A stretch of DNA of 64,000 nucleotides. Source: Alphaproteobacteria bacterium. Lineage in GTDB: Bacteria > Pseudomonadota > Alphaproteobacteria > Rickettsiales > SXRF01. The stretch is taken from the NCBI GenBank assembly GCA_020049775.1, contig JAGVLO010000004.1, positions 139,385-203,384 on the forward strand. Direction: 5' to 3'. Shown here piece after piece: positions 48,536 to 57,892 of the stretch. Below the pieces are notes generated by a model. It worked only from the letters and a program-made list of their open reading frames with translations, searched no databases and was not told where the DNA came from. Each line of letters starts with the position of its first letter. Within the stretch, counting starts at the first letter, position 1. Position numbers and translations under genes: made by a program.

Positions 48536-49318
48536 ATGGCGAGTAAACTTCCCATTTCGGTTTTTATCATTGCCTTTAACGAGGCCGACCGCATAGCCCG
48601 CGCTATCGAAAGCGTGCGCGCATGGGCGGATGAGGTGGTGGTGGTTGATAGCCTAAGCACTGATGAAACAAGCAAAATAGCTGATTCGCTGGGGACGAAG
48701 GTGTTCTTCAACAAATGGCCGGGCTATGGGCTGCAGAAGCGTTATGCCGAAGACCAGTGCAGCAATAAATGGCTGCTGAACCTCGATGCCGACGAGGAAA
48801 TTACTCCCGAGCTGGCCGCAGAAATCGAAGCGCTTTTTGCAAGCGGCGAGCCAAGCATGTCCGGCTATGTGCTGCAAATCCGTGATTTGCTACCTGGCGA
48901 AGAAAAACTCGCACACGGGGCGCACACTAATTTTGTGCTGCGGCTCTATAATCGCGAAAAGGGACGCTTCTCCGACAGCCCCGTGCATGATGCGGTGCAA
49001 ATAGAGCAGGGCGGGGTGGCTATGCTGGAACAGCCGGTGTTGCACCGTTCGTTCCGCGACCTCGCGCACGCGATTGATAAAATGAACAGCTACACCAGCG
49101 CGCAGGCAAAAAACCTGATGGGCCAAAATCTAATGGGTGGGGGCATGACGCTGCCGTTACTCCGGCTGTTGACGGAATTCCCCATCGCCTTTTTCAAGGA
49201 TTATGTGCTGCGCTTTTATTTCCTGCGCGGCAGACGTGGCTTTGTATATGCCGTGACCTATGCGTACACGCGCTTTGTGCGTATTGCCAAATATCTGGAA
49301 CTAAAAGACCGGCCTTAA
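48536..49318 (+). CDS. Glycosyltransferase family 2 (LPS KdtX/WaaE-like)
   Basis: FIIAFNEADRI, VDSLSTD, LDADE and SPVHD motifs. Confidence 0.88.
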   Translation: MASKLPISVFIIAFNEADRIARAIESVRAWADEVVVVDSLSTDETSKIADSLGTKVFFNKWPGYGLQKRYAEDQCSNKWLLNLDADEEITPELAAEIEALFASGEPSMSGYVLQIRDLLPGEEKLAHGAHTNFVLRLYNREKGRFSDSPVHDAVQIEQGGVAMLEQPVLHRSFRDLAHAIDKMNSYTSAQAKNLMGQNLMGGGMTLPLLRLLTEFPIAFFKDYVLRFYFLRGRRGFVYAVTYAYTRFVRIAKYLELKDRP

Positions 49319-49590
49319 GCCGCTTCTTCTTCGTATTCCGGAAGCATGTCCAGCGCGTGCAGGTAGGTTTCCAGCACGGTTTCCTGCTCTTCGCGTTCCT
49401 GCGCGTCCATTTTGCGCATTTTAATGATGGTGCGGATGGCTTTTATATCAAAACCATTACCCTTGGCTTCGGCGAACACGTCGCGGATATCGGCGCTGAT
49501 GCCGGTTTTTTCTTCTTCCAGCTTTTCCACGCGGGCGATGATGCTTTTCAGCTGGTCAACGGCGAGGCCGCCTTTTTTCGTTTTTGCCAT
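49315..49590 (-). CDS. gapR: DUF2312/GapR nucleoid-associated protein
   Basis: QLKSIIARVEKLEEEK..I.ADIRDVFAEAKGNGFD motif; GGAGAG RBS before the ATG at 49590. Confidence 0.9.
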   Translation of the reverse strand: MAKTKKGGLAVDQLKSIIARVEKLEEEKTGISADIRDVFAEAKGNGFDIKAIRTIIKMRKMDAQEREEQETVLETYLHALDMLPEYEEEAA

Positions 49591-49612
49591 AATACGCTCT
49601 CCTAAAATTTTT

Positions 49613-49734
49613 TTATCGGGATATATAACTCTTAAATAATTCGTCTTCGCGCAACTCTTTTGCAAGCTGATTTTTACACTAAGATGTTCTGTCAGTGTTT
49701 CGCTGATAGTAACCAAGATGTTAGCCGCAATCTT
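49613..49734 (-). pseudogene. Displaced, diverged copy of the 3' end of gene 50262..50945
   Basis: About 80% nucleotide identity to 50262-50384 by manual alignment, mostly synonymous changes, with a 1-bp deletion in an A-run. Confidence 0.8.
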
Positions 49735-49891
49735 GCCATGGGTTCGGAAAACAGATGTTCTTCGGTGTAATGTGATTCCCTCCGCTACATATAAACAATG
49801 TTCTAATAAATAATGATTATTTGTTGCCGATACCATTTGCTGTCGCCTGAAAAAAAAGCTCTAGATTGGTATGTATAAGCCCTTCATTTTA

Positions 49892-49900
49892 TGGTATAAT
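49892..49900 (+). promoter_or_regulatory. Extended -10 promoter
   Basis: TG-G-TATAAT is a perfect match, about 160 bp upstream of the small ORF at 50058. Confidence 0.6.
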
Positions 49901-50057
49901 CAAAGCGATTTGTTTGATGTCTAAGTGTGAAATCGCACTGAGCGATACACGTAGCTTCAAGCTATCAGAGCCGGCATGTGCCTTTGACATTCACAGGTAC
50001 GCGTGCGCGTTCTGTAGGATGTAAAAAAGGGCATGTCCTTTTTTGACGGAGGGATCC

Positions 50058-50219
50058 GTGAAAAACAACAGGAAGCCTACCCGCATCAACTTTGGTCTCA
50101 TTGTGAAAGCAGTGAGCCTGGTTACGCTTTTCGGAGCGGCAGCCATAGTGATGGGTAGCATCCAGCCCCTTATTCTGTTGGGGGTGATAATCGGGGCGAT
50201 CTACGTCCTGAGTAAATAG
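50058..50219 (+). CDS. Unannotated 53-aa hydrophobic peptide (below the ORF-track cutoff)
   Basis: GGAGG RBS at 50048-50052 and a GTG start give MKNNRKPTRINFGLIVKAVSLVTLFGAAAIVMGSIQPLILLGVIIGAIYVLSK; a terminator follows. Confidence 0.7.
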   Translation: MKNNRKPTRINFGLIVKAVSLVTLFGAAAIVMGSIQPLILLGVIIGAIYVLSK

Positions 50220-50228
50220 TGCAGGATT

Positions 50229-50262
50229 GGCGAGATTTCCTTCGGGAGCTCGCCTTTCTTTT
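50229..50262 (+). terminator. Intrinsic terminator (cUUCGg loop) after the 53-aa ORF
   Basis: GGCGAGATTTCC-TTCG-GGAGCTCGCC followed by TTTCTTTT. Confidence 0.7.
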
Positions 50263-50945
50263 TATATTGATATATGACCCTTGAACAATTCGTCTTCACG
50301 CAACTCTTTTGCAAGCTGATTTTTTACCCCGAGATGCTCGGTTAGGGTTTCGCTTATAGTAACCAAAGCGTTAGCAATTATTTTGCTGTCCATTTTATAT
50401 TCGACCAACGGACCCTTCATGGTTTTTTCGCCAGTGGTCTCACTGGTCACGGTATAGCCGAGCGCCTCATCCAGTTTTGTCAGGTGGCCGAGCATATCCA
50501 GCAGCGCGCGCTTTTTCAGAAAAGGTACGGTAGCGTCAAACGCTTCAAGAAAAGCCTTTTCCGCCTTGTCCAGATGCTCTTTGGCATGCACAAGGTCAAG
50601 GATGCGCGGGAATTCGCTGGGGTCAACAATCATGTCCGGCTCTTTGTCGCGTACGGGGGTTTCGTCTTCTTCGGGGCGCTTGCCGTCTTTCCATTTGCCC
50701 TTGCGCTTGCGTTTGCGCTCTACGCGATCTTCATGCAGTTCGCGCCGCTCACTCGGGCGCAGTTCCAGCTGGCGCAGTTGTTCGGGCGGCAGGCCTTTCA
50801 AATAGGATTGGTCATATTCCTTGGTGTCCACAATCAGTTTGTGGTCGTCGAGGTAGGCTTCCTCGAATTGTTTGCGTAATTCGCGGATGGCCTTGCCGAT
50901 GGTAGCGAAATATTCGGTATCTGCCTGTCGCTCTGGCGTATCCAT
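50262..50945 (-). CDS. Hypothetical charged helical protein
   Basis: 227-aa ORF with a GGGAGA RBS and a basic RKRKRKGK patch. Confidence 0.8.
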   Translation of the reverse strand: MDTPERQADTEYFATIGKAIRELRKQFEEAYLDDHKLIVDTKEYDQSYLKGLPPEQLRQLELRPSERRELHEDRVERKRKRKGKWKDGKRPEEDETPVRDKEPDMIVDPSEFPRILDLVHAKEHLDKAEKAFLEAFDATVPFLKKRALLDMLGHLTKLDEALGYTVTSETTGEKTMKGPLVEYKMDSKIIANALVTISETLTEHLGVKNQLAKELREDELFKGHISI

Positions 50946-50985
50946 ACCCTAATCTCCCGTCTTTACCTGTATTATAGCATTAGAC

Positions 50986-52341
50986 TCAGGCTTTTTGTTT
51001 TTTCAGTGTTTCTGCAATTAAAAATGCCAGTTCCAGCGATTGCGAGGCGTTCAGGCGCGGGTCGCAATGCGTGTGGTAGCGGTCGCTTAAATTGATTTCG
51101 GAAATGGCCTGCGCACCGCCAAGGCACTCGGTCACGTCTTGTCCGGTCATTTCAAAATGCACGCCGCCCGCATGTGTGCCTTCTGCCTTGTGGATGGCAA
51201 AGAATTGGCGCACTTCGGTCAGGATGTCTGTGAATTTGCGTGTTTTGTAGCCGTTGGGTGATTTGATGGTGTTGCCATGCATCGGATCGCATGACCAGAC
51301 GACGATCTTGCCGGATTCCTTCACGGCGCGGATAAGCGGCGGCAGCATCTCGCCGATTTTGGTAGCGCCCATGCGCGAAATCAGGGTGAGGCGTCCGGCT
51401 TCGTTATCGGGGTTCAGTATGTCAATCAGCTTGAGTAGATTGTCCACCGTCATGCTCGGGCCGACCTTCACGCCAACGGGGTTGGCGATGCCACGCAGGA
51501 ATTCCACATGCGCTTCGTCAGGCGAGCGGGTGCGGTCACCAATCCACAGCATATGCGCCGAGGCGGCGTACCATTTGCCGTCCGTTTCATCAAAACGCGT
51601 AAGCGCCGATTCATAGCCTAGCAGCAATGCCTCGTGCGAGGTGAAGAAACTGGCCTCCGAAAATTCTTCCACGTCATCCAGCGGCAGGCGGCAGGCCTGA
51701 ATGAAACCCACGCACTCGTTGATGCGCGCAATCAGGTCTTCAAAGCGTTTGCCCTGTGTGGAGGCTTTTGCGAATTCCACATTCCAGTTGTTGATTTGTT
51801 TGAGCGAGGCATAGCCGCCGCGAGCCAGTGTGCGCAGGAAGTTGAGTGTTGCCGCGCCCTGATAATAGGCGCGCAGCAGGCGTTCGGGGTCAGCCTGACG
51901 GCCCTCGGGGTCAAATTCCATGGCGTTTATCATGTCACCGCGGTAGGCGGGAAGTTCCTTGCCATCTTTCTTTTCGAAATTGTCCGAGCGCGGCTTGGCG
52001 AATTGTCCGGCAATACGGCCCACTTTGACCACCGGACAGCTGGCGCCATACATCAGCGCCATGGTCATTTGCAGCAATACACGGAAAAAGCTGCGTAAAT
52101 TATCTTCGCTGAACTCAGCGAAACTCTCGGCGCAGTCGCCGCCTTGCAACAGGAAGGCTTTGCCGTAAGCGGCATCGGCCAATTCGCGCTTGAGCGCCCG
52201 CGATTCACCGGGCGAAGCCAGCGGCGGCAGCGATTTCAGAGATTTTTCAACATCTTTGAGCATCCCGACGTTTTTATATTCCGGCTGCTGCTTAATGGGC
52301 AGTTCGCGCCAGCTATCGAGTGACCAGGCCTTGGTGTTCAT
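50986..52341 (-). CDS. Class II DAHP synthase
   Basis: [41 protein letters not shown] and CDPRLN motifs. Confidence 0.95.
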   Translation of the reverse strand: MNTKAWSLDSWRELPIKQQPEYKNVGMLKDVEKSLKSLPPLASPGESRALKRELADAAYGKAFLLQGGDCAESFAEFSEDNLRSFFRVLLQMTMALMYGASCPVVKVGRIAGQFAKPRSDNFEKKDGKELPAYRGDMINAMEFDPEGRQADPERLLRAYYQGAATLNFLRTLARGGYASLKQINNWNVEFAKASTQGKRFEDLIARINECVGFIQACRLPLDDVEEFSEASFFTSHEALLLGYESALTRFDETDGKWYAASAHMLWIGDRTRSPDEAHVEFLRGIANPVGVKVGPSMTVDNLLKLIDILNPDNEAGRLTLISRMGATKIGEMLPPLIRAVKESGKIVVWSCDPMHGNTIKSPNGYKTRKFTDILTEVRQFFAIHKAEGTHAGGVHFEMTGQDVTECLGGAQAISEINLSDRYHTHCDPRLNASQSLELAFLIAETLKKQKA

Positions 52342-52400
52342 TTGCAATCTTTATAAATCATGATATACGAAGCGCTATTATTTAAGGTTTATCGAGTCAT

Positions 52401-53288
52401 ATGTCCAGCACTACTGCCACAATTAACGTTGTTGATCCGGAAAATACCATTGCTTTCATGGGTGTGGAAGGGGCGAATGCCGACCTTGCCTGCCGTCAGG
52501 CCTGCCCGTATATGCAGACCCTTGCTTGTCCCTCGTTTGAGGACGTGTTTGAGGTGGTGGCCGCAGGTAAAGCCGCGCTGGGCATGATTCCCATTGAAAA
52601 TTCGCAGGCCGGCCGCGTGGCCGAAATCCATAACCTGCTGCCGCGTACCAACCTGCATATTGTAGGTGAATATTTTCAGCAAATCGAGCATTCCCTGCTG
52701 GCTCCGAAAGGCGCGACGCTTGCCACGATTAAAGACGTCTATTCCCACCCGCAAGGGCTGCTGCAATGCCGCAACCATATCCGCGAGATGAACCTGACCG
52801 CGCATACCTATTCCAACACGGCTGCTGCCGCGGCGGATGTTGCCAAGTGGAACGACCCCAGCAAGGCGGCGATTGCCTCACCGTTGGCGGGTGAGCTTTA
52901 CGGGCTGACCACACTGCGCGAACATATGCAGGATTCGGACAATAATGTTACCGTATTCGTAATCATCGCGCGTGAGCCTGTGGACCCGAATCCGGATGCT
53001 ATAAAAGACGGGGGCCGCGTACTTACCACACTGCTGTTTACGGTGCGCAATATTCCAGCGGTGCTGTATAAATCACTCGGTGGATTTGCCACTAATAACG
53101 TCAATATCCTGAAGCTGGAAAGCTATATCCCCGGCGGTGCCGCCAAGGATGCAGCGCAATTCTTCCTTACGTTGGAAGGACACCCCAGCCAGAAACCCGT
53201 GCAAAACGCATTAGAAGAACTAGGATTTTTCTGCAAGAAAGTCACCGTTCTTGGCGTATATCCCGCTGATCCAGCACGTTTTTCCTGA
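52401..53288 (+). CDS. pheA: Prephenate dehydratase
   Basis: PIENSQAGRV, SHPQGL.QC and NTAAAA motifs; C-terminal ACT domain with KLESY. Confidence 0.93.
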   Translation: MSSTTATINVVDPENTIAFMGVEGANADLACRQACPYMQTLACPSFEDVFEVVAAGKAALGMIPIENSQAGRVAEIHNLLPRTNLHIVGEYFQQIEHSLLAPKGATLATIKDVYSHPQGLLQCRNHIREMNLTAHTYSNTAAAAADVAKWNDPSKAAIASPLAGELYGLTTLREHMQDSDNNVTVFVIIAREPVDPNPDAIKDGGRVLTTLLFTVRNIPAVLYKSLGGFATNNVNILKLESYIPGGAAKDAAQFFLTLEGHPSQKPVQNALEELGFFCKKVTVLGVYPADPARFS

Positions 53289-53381
53289 ATTTTTGTCACA
53301 AAACATTAACTTTAATTATACCTTTGCTTTGCTATACTTTTAGCAACGAAATATAAAAGCATATAAAAGCAGGGATTATTT

Positions 53382-53834
53382 ATGGTTACGACTTTTGGCG
53401 ACTATAAGAATATGTCGAGTGATCAGCTGAACAAGGAAAAACAGAACCTTGAACAGAAGGTCAATAATGATTACATCACCTGGGGCGAAACGGCAAAAGT
53501 AGCCGGTAAAGCGACCATAGGTGCAGCTGCCGGTGTGGCGGCGACTGCCGGTGTGACCATGCTTGCGAAGCCTGAAATTGCAGAGAATGTAATGAAGGTT
53601 TTTTCAGAAAATTCCGGCACTATCATGGAAGCGACTAAGCAGGCGGTATCGCAGAACAAGATTGCATTTGGTATAGCAGCAGCAGTGGCTGTTGGCGCCG
53701 CCATTTACACAGGCGTTAGTGCCGCACGCGAGTATTCAGTAAAACATGGTGTGGAAAACAGTTCACGCATGTCGCATGTTGAGCGCCTGATGCAGGAACG
53801 CGGCAACGCGCAGTCGCAAATCAAAGAGAGATAA
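53382..53834 (+). CDS. Hypothetical protein with two Gly/Ala-rich hydrophobic helices
   Basis: 150-aa ORF containing ATIGAAAGVAATAG and FGIAAAVAVGAAIYTG, ending in SHVERLMQERGNAQSQIKER. Confidence 0.75.
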   Translation: MVTTFGDYKNMSSDQLNKEKQNLEQKVNNDYITWGETAKVAGKATIGAAAGVAATAGVTMLAKPEIAENVMKVFSENSGTIMEATKQAVSQNKIAFGIAAAVAVGAAIYTGVSAAREYSVKHGVENSSRMSHVERLMQERGNAQSQIKER

Positions 53835-53842
53835 TCAGGAAA

Positions 53843-54220
53843 TCAGCCCAGCTGAGTTACGCGCGCAGTTTTTTGCGCAACCTGTTTTTGAATATTCTCG
53901 ACGACCGTACCCATTTTTTCGACAAAGTCACCGATGGCCTTAAGGTCCCTTTCGGAATATCCGCCTTCGGGTTTGTTCAGCTGATAGCCGCTTCCGCCCG
54001 GCGCAAGTTCTCCGCCTGTTACCCTTTGCGCATATGCCAGTTCATTTTCGGGGCGGCGATTTATAAAACCAGCTATCAGCCCTTCACCCATGCCGGCGTC
54101 AAAGGCCATAGAATCTGGCCCGTAATAATACAGATGTACCCCACCAAAATCGATCTGGTTGGTATCGGGATCGAAAGAGGGTCTTTGAAAAGCTTTTGTC
54201 GAGTTGGACATAATGTTCAC
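53843..54220 (-). CDS. Hypothetical protein (GTG start at 54220 or ATG at 54211)
   Basis: 125-aa ORF convergent with 53382..53834, with an AT-rich upstream region. Confidence 0.65.
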   Translation of the reverse strand: MNIMSNSTKAFQRPSFDPDTNQIDFGGVHLYYYGPDSMAFDAGMGEGLIAGFINRRPENELAYAQRVTGGELAPGGSGYQLNKPEGGYSERDLKAIGDFVEKMGTVVENIQKQVAQKTARVTQLG

Positions 54221-54260
54221 TCAATCCTGTTTTACCACTTACGATAATAATATATTAATT

Positions 54261-54276
54261 TTAATTAATTATTAAC
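54261..54276. promoter_or_regulatory. Putative CtrA box
   Basis: TTAA-TTAATTA-TTAAC fits TTAA-N7-TTAAC, but it lies in a very AT-rich stretch. Confidence 0.45.
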
Positions 54277-54293
54277 GCCGTGATTTACAAAAG

Positions 54294-54929
54294 CTATTCT
54301 CTGCCAATCTGTTTATTAATCATTGACTTAATTTGTGAATTATCTGGCAGTGAATGATACAGGGCCTTCATGTCTGCCATAGCATCCTGTGTTTTGCCGT
54401 CCTGCAGCTTGCGCAGTGCCATAAAATAACGGGCATCAGGGTTATCTTTTTGTAACATAAGCACCATTTCAAGTCCTTTATGGGCGTCATCAGTGACTTT
54501 ACCGTCAGCCTGCATGATTTGCGCCTTGGCATAGGCCAGAATCAGTGCCGGATCACCGCCAGATAAAACCACCGCCTGCTTGAATGCGCCCACTGCAGAA
54601 TCCATCTGCCCTGTTTCGAGAAACGCTGTGCCTAAAATCACCCATGCGCCGAGGTCCTTCGGGTCTGATTTTACCTTGGCAAGGTTGTCAGTGATTTCTG
54701 CCGTTAGTTCGACTATGCGCTGCTGCCGTTTTTCCAGCAGGGGGATGAGTTGCGGTGAACCCACCACGGCATAGATACCCATGCTGAGGGTGATAAAAAA
54801 TAAAGCCGTGATGCCTGCCGCCACACGGCGCTGGGGCATGACAAGCGTGTTGTTCTGCCAGACGGGCGCTAGCAATACCAGCAGGCATAGCGCAACAATT
54901 ATGGAGAACATCAAAAACAAGAGTATCAT
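54294..54929 (-). CDS. ccmI: Cytochrome c biogenesis factor CcmI/CycH-like (TPR)
   Basis: Two TM helices, IYAVVGSP and TPR helices; last gene of the ccm operon. Confidence 0.75.
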   Translation of the reverse strand: MILLFLMFSIIVALCLLVLLAPVWQNNTLVMPQRRVAAGITALFFITLSMGIYAVVGSPQLIPLLEKRQQRIVELTAEITDNLAKVKSDPKDLGAWVILGTAFLETGQMDSAVGAFKQAVVLSGGDPALILAYAKAQIMQADGKVTDDAHKGLEMVLMLQKDNPDARYFMALRKLQDGKTQDAMADMKALYHSLPDNSQIKSMINKQIGRE

Positions 54930-55333
54930 GATGGTTTTCTGTTGAAATAGCGGTATGCCATGAACATGGCAATTACCAGAATAATGACAGGCCCGAACCA
55001 CAAGAAATAGGTGGATTGCTTGAGCGGCGGGCGCATTAATATGACGTCGCCATAGTGCGACACGAGATAGGCCTTGATGGATTCGTCGGTTTCGCCTGTG
55101 GCGACTTTCTCGCGTATCAGCCGCCTCATGTCGCTGGCAACGGCGGCGGGTGATTCGGCCACCGACTCGCCCTGACAAACAACACAGCGTATTTCGTAGA
55201 ACAATGCCTTTGCACGCGCTTCCTGCGACTGGTCGGCAAGCGGGCTATCCGTACCCAGCGCGTTTGCGGACATCGCATATACAAGCAACAACGCGCACGA
55301 AAGCAGTATCAGCCAGTGGTGGCTACTGAGCAT
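54926..55333 (-). CDS. ccmH: Cytochrome c biogenesis protein CcmH
   Basis: IRCVVCQGESVAES and YGDVILMRPP motifs. Confidence 0.93.
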   Translation of the reverse strand: MLSSHHWLILLSCALLLVYAMSANALGTDSPLADQSQEARAKALFYEIRCVVCQGESVAESPAAVASDMRRLIREKVATGETDESIKAYLVSHYGDVILMRPPLKQSTYFLWFGPVIILVIAMFMAYRYFNRKPS

Positions 55334-56015
55334 TTGCCGGTGCTGAAGTTGCAGGAACGTCTTGGGGTGCTGAAACAGGCTGAGGTGGCTGTTGTTCAGC
55401 GGGCGCATTTTCTGGTTCATCACTTCTTTTGTTAGACAACAGATCGCGTATTGCAGGCTTTGGCACATATTCACCCTTAGTCAGCTTATCTACAAGCGGA
55501 ACAATCAGGTTATATAGAACATCGTCTGTTACCGGCATTTGATAGTGGAAATAGATAGTGCCGTTCTGATCCAGTACGAAGGTTTCAGGAACTCCGGTTA
55601 GCGCCAGTGCAATAGTGCTGGCACCATATTCATCCACACCAATCATCTGATATGGGTTTCCATGCTTGTTCAGCCATTCTGAAACTTTTGCCGGCGTATC
55701 CTTCCAGGCTAGGCCATACAGGTACAATTTCTTTTCTTTTGCGATTTTCATCCATAGTTTGTGTTCTTCTACGCAGGGTTCGCACCACGACGCAAAAACA
55801 TTAAGCACCACAACTTTACCCCTCCAGTCCCGAGGGCTAAACATAGCATTATTGCCTCCAAGGGCAGGGATTCGGAATGTTGCAATATCACGGCCTATGA
55901 GGGTGTTTTCTTCAAACGGCTCAGAGTCACCGCGCCACAAGCCTGATGCTAGAATCATGGATATTAGGAGCATGACAAGAAGCGGCGCTAGCCTGACTAC
56001 ATCAACAGGTTTCAT
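55323..56015 (-). CDS. ccmG: Thiol:disulfide oxidoreductase CcmG/DsbE
   Basis: NVFASWCEPCVEEH and GVPETF motifs. Confidence 0.92.
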   Translation of the reverse strand: MKPVDVVRLAPLLVMLLISMILASGLWRGDSEPFEENTLIGRDIATFRIPALGGNNAMFSPRDWRGKVVVLNVFASWCEPCVEEHKLWMKIAKEKKLYLYGLAWKDTPAKVSEWLNKHGNPYQMIGVDEYGASTIALALTGVPETFVLDQNGTIYFHYQMPVTDDVLYNLIVPLVDKLTKGEYVPKPAIRDLLSNKRSDEPENAPAEQQPPQPVSAPQDVPATSAPANAQ

Positions 56016-57885
56016 GATGGTGCCTTTGCATAGTTGCGGTTATTCCCCCTAGTGCCATTAGCATAAAACCTGCCCAAATCAAATAGGTCAATGGGTTGTA
56101 ATAGAATCTTGCAGAGATTTTTCCGGTTTTTGCTGATGGTTCGCCGATTACGCCATATAGGTCACCCCATGGCGTAAGGGCAATTGATGCAATGCTGGTT
56201 CCGGTCTTCCGGATAGCAAATGTACGATACTCCGGTGTTAGCGCTTCCTTATGGCCATCGACGCTGAATTGGGCAATGAGTGTGGAATGGTTAGGGGTTT
56301 CCTGTGCTAAGAGGGCATCGAGCGTTATATGGTAGCCCGCGATTTCAAAATGGTCGCCTTCTGACATCCATCGTTCGGTTTCGCTTTTCCACAGGCCCGC
56401 ACCTGTGATGCCTGCCACTAGCAGGGCAGCGCCAGTATGCCCTAGAAATACAGAAAAGCGCCCGCGTGTGTTCCTGTGCTTGATAAGCCAGCTCAGACTG
56501 GCCACCAAAAGCCACGCACATAGTGCCATGCCGAGTGCCGAAAAGATAACCTGCCGGTTAGCAACCGCCAGAACAATTGCACCCGCTACAAGTGCTGCCA
56601 TTAGTGCGGGCAGCGATTGCCTGAGTGCGTCTGCAAGGGCTGCTTTTTTCCACGGCATAAAAGGAGTTAGTCCGGCAAATATCAGCGGAATCGCCAGTAG
56701 CGGTAGTGCCGTGGCGTTAAAGTAGGGTGGGCCTACGGATATTTTTTCACGGCTTATCCATTCTGCCAGCATGGGGTATAACGTGCCAAGCAATACGGTG
56801 GCGCATGCAGTAAGCAGGAATATGTTATTGATAATAATCATGCCTTCGCGCGACAGCGGAAGCACGCGTTGTTTTCCCTCAGGCGCATGAGTCTTGGTGG
56901 CAAATAATGCTAATGCCCAGCCAAGAATAGCGGTGAGGTAGAGTAATATGAAAAGCCCGCGCTGCGGGTCGCTTGCAAAGCTGTGTACCGACACCAAAAC
57001 GCCTGAACGCACAAGGAATGTTCCCAGCATGCTCATACCGAACGTAAGAATGGAAAGTAAAATCACCCACTGCGACAGGCTGCCGCGTTTTTTGAGTACA
57101 ATATTGGCGTGCAACAGGGCTGTTCCAGTCAGCCATGGTAAAAGGGAGGCATTCTCAACCGGATCCCAGAACCAGAACCCGCCCCAGCCGAGAACACGGT
57201 ATGCCCACCAGCTTCCCAGCCCGATACCTACCGTTAGTGCGCTCCATGACACCAGTATCCACGGATGGGCGAGGTGCGCCCATTCGCGTCCGGTATGTCC
57301 GTGGATAAGTCCGGAGACGGCAAGCGAAAACACAATCGAGAAGCCGACATATCCGAGGTAAAGTATAGGTGGGTGTATGGCCAGAGCCATATCCTGCAAT
57401 AGCGGGTTGAGTGCCTGTCCGTCTGCGGTAGGTGGGAACACGCGTTCAAACGGGCTGGAGGTAAAAATAATAAACGCCAGCGCACCTGCGCAAATAACGG
57501 ATTGCGTTGCAATGCCGCTGTGAATAAATTGCAGCGGGTGTGCTTTGCGCCCCATGGCGAGTATGGCGCCAAACACGGCGATAACCCATACCCAGAGCAG
57601 CATGGAGCCTTCATGGTTGCCCCATGCGCCGCTAATTTTATAAAGCAGTGGCAGGCTGCGGTTGGAATGGCTGACAACGTTTTCAACGCTGAAATCATTC
57701 ATCAAACGCAATATAACCAGCGTGGCAAGCGCCAGGCTCACCAGCAAGGCCTGTAACCATGCGGCTGGCGCAAGACATGGGGCAAGCAGCAGCCTTATGC
57801 GCTGAACTGGTAATAGGAACACGGACTGCAGGGTAGCAGTACACAGTGCAAGGATAAGGAAAAAGATGCCAAACTCAGCCGTCAT
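56002..57885 (-). CDS. ccmF: Heme lyase subunit CcmF
   Basis: WGNHEGS, WGGFWFWDPVENAS and SVHSFASDP motifs. Confidence 0.96.
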   Translation of the reverse strand: MTAEFGIFFLILALCTATLQSVFLLPVQRIRLLLAPCLAPAAWLQALLVSLALATLVILRLMNDFSVENVVSHSNRSLPLLYKISGAWGNHEGSMLLWVWVIAVFGAILAMGRKAHPLQFIHSGIATQSVICAGALAFIIFTSSPFERVFPPTADGQALNPLLQDMALAIHPPILYLGYVGFSIVFSLAVSGLIHGHTGREWAHLAHPWILVSWSALTVGIGLGSWWAYRVLGWGGFWFWDPVENASLLPWLTGTALLHANIVLKKRGSLSQWVILLSILTFGMSMLGTFLVRSGVLVSVHSFASDPQRGLFILLYLTAILGWALALFATKTHAPEGKQRVLPLSREGMIIINNIFLLTACATVLLGTLYPMLAEWISREKISVGPPYFNATALPLLAIPLIFAGLTPFMPWKKAALADALRQSLPALMAALVAGAIVLAVANRQVIFSALGMALCAWLLVASLSWLIKHRNTRGRFSVFLGHTGAALLVAGITGAGLWKSETERWMSEGDHFEIAGYHITLDALLAQETPNHSTLIAQFSVDGHKEALTPEYRTFAIRKTGTSIASIALTPWGDLYGVIGEPSAKTGKISARFYYNPLTYLIWAGFMLMALGGITATMQRHHHETC

Positions 57886-57892
57886 GCCAGCA

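Noticed and set aside
49315-49836. 173-aa N-terminally extended GapR as shown in the ORF track
   Set aside because: The extension arises from reading through the frameshifted duplicated fragment; the real start is the ATG at 49590 with a GGAGAG RBS
49613-50384. Diversity-generating retroelement (template/variable repeat pair)
   Set aside because: The mismatches are not adenine-specific, are mostly synonymous third-position changes, and there is no reverse transcriptase in the window
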